Below are positions 48,228 through 54,827 of a DNA stretch of 54,827 nucleotides, piece after piece. The stretch lies in IMG/VR virus record IMGVR_UViG_3300032282_002669, positions 1 to 54,827 of that record. One strand, given 5' to 3'. The first letter of the stretch is position 1, and each line of letters begins with the position of its first letter. The stretch comes from a virus. Its lineage: Duplodnaviria; Caudoviricetes. The position numbers and the translations under genes were made by a program. A model generated the notes under the pieces. It did not search any database and was not told the DNA's origin. It saw nothing but the letters and a program-made list of their open reading frames with translations.

Positions 48228-49112
48228 ATGGCAACATCACCATATTTTAATAATTATAAATCTCACGGCGAACAGAATTTAGTAGAAGATTTAATTGTTG
48301 AGTCCATTAAAATTATGGGCTTTGATGCATATTATCTTCCAAATGATAATGATGCTGCTCGTGATTTATTATATGGTGAAGATCCAGTTAAAAAATTTCA
48401 ATCGGCATTTCCTTTGGAAATGTATCTTTCTTCTGATCCAACCGATTATATTGGCCAAAAAGATATATTTACCAAATTTGGTTTAGAAATTAAAGACGAT
48501 GTGAATGTTTTGGTATCACGCAGAAGCTTTCAACAAAGGGTTCCACAAAACACGTTTACACGACCAAGAGAAGGCGATTTAATTTATGTGCCTTTCTTAA
48601 ATGGTACTGGTGAATTGTTTGAAATTAAATTTGCAGAACAATCAAAAGACTTCCATACACTAGGAAGAGTAGACCCATATTTTTACGAACTTAATTTGGA
48701 GAAATTTAAATACTCTCAAGAAATTATTGATACTGGTGTGGCGGAGATTGATTTGGTTGTTACTAATAATGCCTATACTCAAGCACTTCATATTGGTGCT
48801 GGCACAGGTAAATATCAAATTAAAGAAACCGTTTATCAAGTTGCTAGTTTAGTAAGTAATACATCTACTGCGGTTGCAATTGTTCAAAGTTGGATTCCAT
48901 CTTCAAACACATTGACAGTAACCAATATTGCTGGAGAATTTATTGTTGGCAAAGTTATTATTGGTAGTTCAAGTAACGCAAGATATGTTTTAACAACATT
49001 TAATCCTTTAGAAGATAATAGTTATAGTGAAACATATGACAACAATCATATTTCTGCCAGTGCAAATTCGATTGTTAATTTTTCTGAAATTAATCCATTT
49101 GGTAGTATATAA
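48228..49112 (+). CDS. gp14: Neck/head-closure protein (T4 gp14-like)
   Basis: EQNLVEDLIVESIKIMG; KFGLEIKD; RPREGDLIY; FEIKF; C-terminal FSEINPFG. Confidence 0.92.
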   Translation: MATSPYFNNYKSHGEQNLVEDLIVESIKIMGFDAYYLPNDNDAARDLLYGEDPVKKFQSAFPLEMYLSSDPTDYIGQKDIFTKFGLEIKDDVNVLVSRRSFQQRVPQNTFTRPREGDLIYVPFLNGTGELFEIKFAEQSKDFHTLGRVDPYFYELNLEKFKYSQEIIDTGVAEIDLVVTNNAYTQALHIGAGTGKYQIKETVYQVASLVSNTSTAVAIVQSWIPSSNTLTVTNIAGEFIVGKVIIGSSSNARYVLTTFNPLEDNSYSETYDNNHISASANSIVNFSEINPFGSI

Positions 49113-50098
49113 TGTCCAATATAGCATACAATAGAGTTATTAGAAAATTAGTTATTGGTTTTGGTAACTTATTTAAAAATATAACTCTTGTTCGTTACAA
49201 TCCAGATTTATCGGAAGCACAAAGATTTCTTGTGCCTTTGGTCTATGCCACAAAAGAATACTATGTTCGTAGATTGGAAGACGATCCAAATTTGGATAAA
49301 AAAGTTCAAACAACTTTACCAAGAATGTCTTTTGAAATGTCTGGTTTAAATTACGACACAACTCGCAAACAAAACACCAATGTAAAATCTTTTGCAAAAA
49401 CAAGTACAGGAACAATTGCACAATACAATCCAGTTCCTTATAACTTTGATTTTAATCTTTACATCTATGTAAGAAATATTGAAGATGGCACACAAATTAT
49501 TGAACATATTCTTCCATTTTTTACACCAGATTATACAGTTAAATTAAATTTAATTCCTGAAATGGGTATAGTAAAAGAAGTGCCTGTTATTTTAAATTCT
49601 AGTTCACATGAAATTGAATATGAAGGCAATAAAGAAACCGAAACTAGAATGGTTATTTGGACACTAAACTTTACGGTTAAAGGTTTTATTTTTGGAAAAA
49701 CATCTGCAACCAGTTTAATTAAAAACTCAATTACAAACATTCTTGGTAATATTACAACAAATGATTTGGTTCAATTTGAAATGTCTAATAGTGGTATTGG
49801 AACATATCAAGAAGGTGAAATTGTCTATCAAGGATATTCAGCCAGCAATTCTCAAGCAACAGGCAAAGTGGTTTATTGGAATAACAATACATTACACCTT
49901 ACAAACATTAATGGTAATTTTGTATCTGATGTTCCTATTATTGGTGTTGTTTCAAATTCAAATTATACTTTTGTAAATTATCAAGTGTTACCACAAGCTT
50001 TAGCTAGTATTGATATTAAACCAAATCCACTTTCAGCTAATGCGACAAATAATTATACATATACTACCACAATAACAGAATTTCCGGATACACTATAA
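49112..50098 (+). CDS. gp15: Tail terminator / sheath stabiliser (T4 gp15-like) with C-terminal extension
   Basis: IRKLVIGFGNLF; VPLVY; LPRMSFEM; PVPYNFDF; QIIEHILPFFTP; IWTLNFTVKG. Confidence 0.92.
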   Translation: MSNIAYNRVIRKLVIGFGNLFKNITLVRYNPDLSEAQRFLVPLVYATKEYYVRRLEDDPNLDKKVQTTLPRMSFEMSGLNYDTTRKQNTNVKSFAKTSTGTIAQYNPVPYNFDFNLYIYVRNIEDGTQIIEHILPFFTPDYTVKLNLIPEMGIVKEVPVILNSSSHEIEYEGNKETETRMVIWTLNFTVKGFIFGKTSATSLIKNSITNILGNITTNDLVQFEMSNSGIGTYQEGEIVYQGYSASNSQATGKVVYWNNNTLHLTNINGNFVSDVPIIGVVSNSNYTFVNYQVLPQALASIDIKPNPLSANATNNYTYTTTITEFPDTL

Positions 50099-51399
50099 TG
50101 TCTAAAATAACTATTAATATTGGTGCAACACCTAATGACGGAACAGGTGATCCATTAAGAACCGCATTTAATTCCGTTAATCAAAATTTTACAGAGTTGT
50201 ATAATTCTGTTGCAACACTTCAACCCATTGATGCAGACTTAACAGCTATTGGTGCATTGTCCGGTACTAGTGGTTTCTTAAAGAAAGTTGGAACAAACAC
50301 ATGGTCACTTGATACCAATACATATACTGATAATACAGGTACAGTTACAAGTGTTTCAGGAACAGGTACAGTTAGTGGTTTAACATTAACAGGATCAGTT
50401 ACAGGATCAGGCAGTTTAACATTGGGTGGAACACTAACATTAACAGATACGAGTATCACATCTGCTCTTGGATATACACCTTACAATTCTTCCAATCCAA
50501 ACGGATATATTACTAGTGCAAATTTAACTAGCGTGTCTGGTATAGATTCTTATGCTAGAACAACGGCTAATACCGCAACAAACAATGTTACCATTATTCA
50601 AGGTGTGGATGTTTGGCAAAATACTCAAATTACTTCCGCAAGAACTTTGGCTCAAGCTGCGTTTGATACTGCCAACAATGTTAGTGGTGGTACTGCACAA
50701 GATGGCTTTGCTAGAATTGTGGCCAATACGGCTGCGGCCAATACCATTTATACACAAGGTGTTGATGTAGGACAAAATACTCGCATGAGTATTATTGAAG
50801 GTGTTGATTCTGGCCAGAACACTAGAATGTCTATTATTGAAGGTGTAGATGTTACACAAAATAATAGAATATCTACATTAGAAACTGTTAATGGTGAACA
50901 AAACACAGCAATTAATATTATTCAAAATGTAAACACTACTCAAAATACCCGCATGAGTATTGTTGAAGGTGTTGATTTAACTCAGAACACCAACATTACC
51001 AGTGCATTGTCCAATATAACATATTTGCAAGGTGCATTAAATACAGCAAATACAAATATTGTGGCAGCAGCACAAACTATTCCACAAAATGCACAAACAT
51101 CAAACTATACATTACAGTTAACAGATGCAGGTAAACATATTTACTATACACAAGCATCCAATACAACATTGTATATTCCTAATGCTGGTCAAGTGTCTTT
51201 TAGTAATGGTACAACCATTATGATTGTTTCAAAAACAACATCAAGTGCAAACGTAACCGTATCACCAAGTACGGGCGTAACAATGTATCTTGCTGGTAAT
51301 ACAACAAGCGCTTCACGAAATGTTACAACATATGGTATGGCAACATTAATTCAAGTTGCGGCAAACACTTGGTTTATTAATGGTACAGGAGTAATATAA
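50098..51399 (+). CDS. Fibre protein with T4 gp9/gp10-type N-terminal anchor
   Basis: INIGATPNDGTGDPLRTAFNSVNQNFTELY; GTVTSVSG; ALGYTPY; QNT repeats; C-terminal YTLQLTDAGKHI...ANTWFING domain. Confidence 0.72.
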   Translation: MSKITINIGATPNDGTGDPLRTAFNSVNQNFTELYNSVATLQPIDADLTAIGALSGTSGFLKKVGTNTWSLDTNTYTDNTGTVTSVSGTGTVSGLTLTGSVTGSGSLTLGGTLTLTDTSITSALGYTPYNSSNPNGYITSANLTSVSGIDSYARTTANTATNNVTIIQGVDVWQNTQITSARTLAQAAFDTANNVSGGTAQDGFARIVANTAAANTIYTQGVDVGQNTRMSIIEGVDSGQNTRMSIIEGVDVTQNNRISTLETVNGEQNTAINIIQNVNTTQNTRMSIVEGVDLTQNTNITSALSNITYLQGALNTANTNIVAAAQTIPQNAQTSNYTLQLTDAGKHIYYTQASNTTLYIPNAGQVSFSNGTTIMIVSKTTSSANVTVSPSTGVTMYLAGNTTSASRNVTTYGMATLIQVAANTWFINGTGVI

Positions 51400-53666
51400 T
51401 GAGTGCCATTATGGCCATGGTGGCTAATGTTGTTAAAAAAGCCACACAATCAACTTCATCTCTTAATTATTTTTCTTTATGGACATGGGGAGGAAATTAT
51501 CACGGACAATTAGGATTAAATGATACCGATTATAGGTCCAGTCCAACACAAGTGGGTGCTGGCACTATCTGGTTAACTATGGCTAGTGGATATTATCATA
51601 CTATTGCAGCTAAATCTGATGGAACATTGTGGGCTTGGGGCAACAGTAACTGTGGCCAATTAGGATTAAATGATTCAATTAATAGATCCAGTCCAGCACA
51701 AATTGGTACTGAATTATGGAACATTAAAAGTGTTGATGTTGGGTTAAGACACACAGCTATTGTTAAAGGTGATGGTACACTATGGACTTGGGGCCTTGAC
51801 AGTATAGGCCAATTAGGATTAAATGATTCAATTAATAGATCCAGTCCAGTTCAAGTTGGTTCGTTAACTAATTGGAAATATTGTGCAGCAATGTCATTTA
51901 GTACTGTAGCAACAAAAACAGACGGCACTTTGTGGGGATGGGGATTTAATAATGCTGGTCAATTAGGAACAAACGACATAGTTTATCAATCTAGTCCGGT
52001 TCAAATAGGCACAGATACAAATTGGGATGTTCCAAAATGTTCTGTATATGGAGGTCTCACAGCTGTTAACAAAACTGATGGAACATTATGGGCTTTTGGC
52101 CAAGATAATTATGGAATATTAATTAATGCTTATTCAACCAATACTTCCAGTCCAATACAAATTGCTTCAGCCAATATTTGGTCTTCGGTTTCAATTGGAG
52201 CTCAATCGGCATTTTTTATTAAACCTAACAATACTTTATGGGCATCCGGTTTAAATGGTCAAGGTCAATTAGGACAAAATAATAGAGTGGGTGTTAATAG
52301 TCCAGTACAAATAGGTGCAGATACAAATTGGTCTACAAATATTACATCATCATCAACCATTCCAGTTGCAATCAAAACCGATGGCACTATATGGACTTGG
52401 GCAGGTGGTTTTATGGGAACAGGTTTAAATGATACCAGTTATAGATCCAGTCCAGTTCAAATTGGTACTGATACAACTTGGTCTAAAGTTTATGGAAAAG
52501 CTGCATCAGTTTTTGCACTTCAATCGAGTACAAACAATCCTACACTTCCTGAAGTAACACCTAGCGCAAGTTTTGATTTGTATACTTGGGGTTATAATTC
52601 TAACGGAGAATTAGCATTAAATGATACAATAGATAGATCAAGTCCAACTCAGGTTGGTGCAGGTAGATGGAGTCAAGTATCTGAAAAAACCGGCGTTAAA
52701 ACAGATGGCACTTTATGGGTGTGGGGAATTAATAATGATGGTCAATTAGGCCAAAATAATACTATTTCTAAATCTAGTCCTACACAAGTTGGTGCATTAA
52801 CCAATTGGTTAAAATCTCAAACAGGATATAATAGCATTTTTGCACTTAAAACAGATGGCACATTATGGGCTTGGGGTAGAAACAATTATCAAAATTTTAC
52901 AGGTTTTGCTCAAGGACATTTAGGATTAAATGATGCGGTCAGTAGATCCAGTCCAGTTCAAATTGGTACAGACAACTATTGGAGCAATTTTTCAACTCGA
53001 AGATCGGTTGCAGGTGTGTTAGCAACCAAAACCGATGGCACACTATGGGCTTGGGGAGATAATGGTCAAGGGCAATTAGGATTAAATATTTCAGGATTCA
53101 TTGCTGGTCAAGGTAATATATATAGATCTAGCCCAGTTCAAGTTGGTACGGATACAAATTGGTCAAAAATTGAAAAAGCAGTAAACAATTCATTTGCAAT
53201 CAGAACCGATGGCACATTATGGACATGGGGTCTTGCAGGCCCACAATCAGGATTAAACAGTCCGGCAATAGGAAATAAATCAAGTCCTGTACAAATTGGC
53301 ACAGACAACAATTGGAGTAGTTTGGCTTCACAAAATTATTCAGTTGCAGCCATTAAAACCGATGGTACCTTATGGACATGGGGTGAAAATCGATATGGCC
53401 AACTTGCTCATCCATCTCCCGTTGGAGAAATAAGTGCAAATATATCCAGTCCTACACAAGTTGGTGCCGGAACAAATTGGTTGAGGGTGGCATTTGGATA
53501 TACTTGTTTACTAGCCACTAAAAGAGATGGAACCTTGTGGAGTTGCGGTCGAAATCAGAACGGCCAATTAGGAACAAACGACACAGTTGATCGATCTAGT
53601 CCGGTTCAAATAGGCACAGCAAGTACTTGGAATACAACTTTTGGAACAGCAAAATTTAATAATTAA
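51399..53666 (+). CDS. Tandem double RCC1/BLIP-II-like beta-propeller protein
   Basis: Two sets of about 7 KTDGTLWxWG blades joined by NNPTLPEVTPS; 43-bp exact repeat (51654-51696 and 51807-51849). Confidence 0.85.
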   Translation: MSAIMAMVANVVKKATQSTSSLNYFSLWTWGGNYHGQLGLNDTDYRSSPTQVGAGTIWLTMASGYYHTIAAKSDGTLWAWGNSNCGQLGLNDSINRSSPAQIGTELWNIKSVDVGLRHTAIVKGDGTLWTWGLDSIGQLGLNDSINRSSPVQVGSLTNWKYCAAMSFSTVATKTDGTLWGWGFNNAGQLGTNDIVYQSSPVQIGTDTNWDVPKCSVYGGLTAVNKTDGTLWAFGQDNYGILINAYSTNTSSPIQIASANIWSSVSIGAQSAFFIKPNNTLWASGLNGQGQLGQNNRVGVNSPVQIGADTNWSTNITSSSTIPVAIKTDGTIWTWAGGFMGTGLNDTSYRSSPVQIGTDTTWSKVYGKAASVFALQSSTNNPTLPEVTPSASFDLYTWGYNSNGELALNDTIDRSSPTQVGAGRWSQVSEKTGVKTDGTLWVWGINNDGQLGQNNTISKSSPTQVGALTNWLKSQTGYNSIFALKTDGTLWAWGRNNYQNFTGFAQGHLGLNDAVSRSSPVQIGTDNYWSNFSTRRSVAGVLATKTDGTLWAWGDNGQGQLGLNISGFIAGQGNIYRSSPVQVGTDTNWSKIEKAVNNSFAIRTDGTLWTWGLAGPQSGLNSPAIGNKSSPVQIGTDNNWSSLASQNYSVAAIKTDGTLWTWGENRYGQLAHPSPVGEISANISSPTQVGAGTNWLRVAFGYTCLLATKRDGTLWSCGRNQNGQLGTNDTVDRSSPVQIGTASTWNTTFGTAKFNN

Positions 53667-53682
53667 ATGTGTATAAAAAAAT

Positions 53683-54102
53683 ATGAATGATTTGAATAAA
53701 AATTTGGCAGATGTTTTTGATGTTACCCCAATTGAAAAAGTGGAAGCTTTGCCTGTAGTAAAAAAAGAATTGTTACCCGCAAATACGGAAGTTCTTGACC
53801 AAGATTTAGATGATGCATACCAACAATCAAAAGAAAATTTACAAGGTTTAATTGACCAAGGTACCGAAGCTATGCAAGAAATTTTAGAAATTGCAAAAGC
53901 AGGACAACACCCACGAGCATTTGAAGTTTATGGTGGACTACTAAAAAATATGGTAGATGCCAATAAAGAACTTTTATCTATTCAAAAACAAATGCGTGAA
54001 ATGTCAGGCGTCAAAAAAGAAACATCTTCTACTAATATTGATAAAGCTATTTTTGTTGGCTCTACTTCTGAATTAAGTAAGTTGTTAAAGAGTAAAGATT
54101 GA
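53683..54102 (+). CDS. gp16: Terminase small subunit (T4 gp16-like)
   Basis: DDAYQQSKENL; HPRAFEV; FVGSTSELSKLL; position before terL. Confidence 0.9.
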   Translation: MNDLNKNLADVFDVTPIEKVEALPVVKKELLPANTEVLDQDLDDAYQQSKENLQGLIDQGTEAMQEILEIAKAGQHPRAFEVYGGLLKNMVDANKELLSIQKQMREMSGVKKETSSTNIDKAIFVGSTSELSKLLKSKD

Positions 54103-54827
54103 TGCCAATAAAAAACAAAGAATCATATCGTGATAACCCTCTACTAAAACGGGTAGGAGTTAAGGTTAACTTTACAGAAGAACAAGTAGAAGAATATATT
54201 AAGTGCCGAAAAGATCCTATCTATTTTGCCAAATATATTAAAATTATTACCCTTGATGAAGGTGTAACACCTTTTAAGATGTATGATTTTCAAGAGGACA
54301 TGATTAATACGTTTCACAAGAATCGTTTTACTATCATGAAATGTCCTCGTCAGGTTGGTAAAACTACCACTACTGTTGCCTATCTTCTTTGGACAATTCT
54401 GTTCCAAGATTCACAAACAATTGCCGTTCTTGCCAACCGTGGTGAAACTGCTCGTGGAATTCTAGGCAAGTTACAGTTGGCGTATGAGAATCTACCTATG
54501 TGGTTACAACAAGGTGTGGTCGAGTGGAACAAAGGTCGAGTAGAACTAGAGAACGGCTCAGTAATCATCGCCTCCTCCACGTCATCCTCAGCTGCTCGTT
54601 CTGGTTCGTTTAACATTGTATTCTTAGACGAATTTGCTTTCGTACCATCCAATATTGCCACAGATTTCTTTACTTCTGTGTATCCAGTTATTACTGCTGG
54701 TACTAAAACAAAGATTATTATTGTTTCTACTCCTAATGGTATGAATCTGTTTTACAAAATTTGGACAGATGCCATCAATAAGAAGAATAACTACACACCA
54801 TTTGAAGTTCATTGGTCTATGGTACCA
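54102..54827 (+). CDS. gp17: Terminase large subunit (T4 gp17-like), 3'-truncated
   Basis: Not in the ORF track. Starts at the TGATG overlap: MPIKNKESYRDNPLLKR...KDPIYF...PRQVGKTT (Walker A)...FLDEFAF (Walker B)...VSTPNG. Confidence 0.95.
   Translation, partial: MPIKNKESYRDNPLLKRVGVKVNFTEEQVEEYIKCRKDPIYFAKYIKIITLDEGVTPFKMYDFQEDMINTFHKNRFTIMKCPRQVGKTTTTVAYLLWTILFQDSQTIAVLANRGETARGILGKLQLAYENLPMWLQQGVVEWNKGRVELENGSVIIASSTSSSAARSGSFNIVFLDEFAFVPSNIATDFFTSVYPVITAGTKTKIIIVSTPNGMNLFYKIWTDAINKKNNYTPFEVHWSMVP

Noticed and set aside
21992-53666. Eukaryotic or giant-virus origin because of RCC1 repeats, collagen and glycosyltransferases
   Set aside because: T4-like gp8/13/14/15/16/17, SD sequences, overlapping genes and TATAAATA promoters identify a bacteriophage.
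429-54812. Minus-strand and nested alternative-frame ORFs in the supplied track (e.g. 28256-28669, 32140-32601, 54144-54407, 54380-54661)
   Set aside because: They are shadows of long + strand genes with biased codon use and have no recognisable motifs. Those at the end overlap gp17.
54102-54827. Intron or intein in the terminase large subunit
   Set aside because: The visible part is an uninterrupted ATPase domain with normal motif spacing.
1-54827. Genome-wide stop-codon reassignment, tRNAs or rRNAs
   Set aside because: Core genes are full length under code 11, and the intergenic gaps show no recognisable structural RNA genes.

Overview
A 54.8-kb, AT-rich segment of a large T4-like (Tevenvirinae/Kyanoviridae-type) myophage genome, all credible genes on the + strand. 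It covers the late structural region from the baseplate (gp8 wedge, a 2114-aa VrlC/DUF4815-type protein) to neck gp13/gp14, tail terminator gp15, and terminase gp16/gp17 (gp17 truncated at the window end). About 38 kb of accessory genes lie between the baseplate and neck genes, with a further 3.6 kb between gp15 and gp16. These encode (i) about ten mosaic fibre proteins built from shared heptad modules and recurring terminal motifs; (ii) eight full RCC1/BLIP-II-like beta-propeller genes on three different N-terminal anchor types, plus two gene relics; (iii) a collagen-like Gly-X-Pro protein next to a prolyl-hydroxylase-type 2OG-Fe(II) oxygenase; and (iv) a sulfotransferase/glycosyltransferase/methyltransferase/UDP-galactopyranose mutase/APS-kinase-like cluster. 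The strongest candidate for an undescribed system is a modular, branched receptor-binding apparatus with exchangeable RCC1 tips. Twice, an Ig-like domain that is continuous in a paralog is split at the same position, so its first strand ends the upstream fibre gene and the rest begins the propeller gene. No CRISPR, tRNA, rRNA, reverse transcriptase or transposase was recognised. All calls come from motif recognition by eye; no database search was run.
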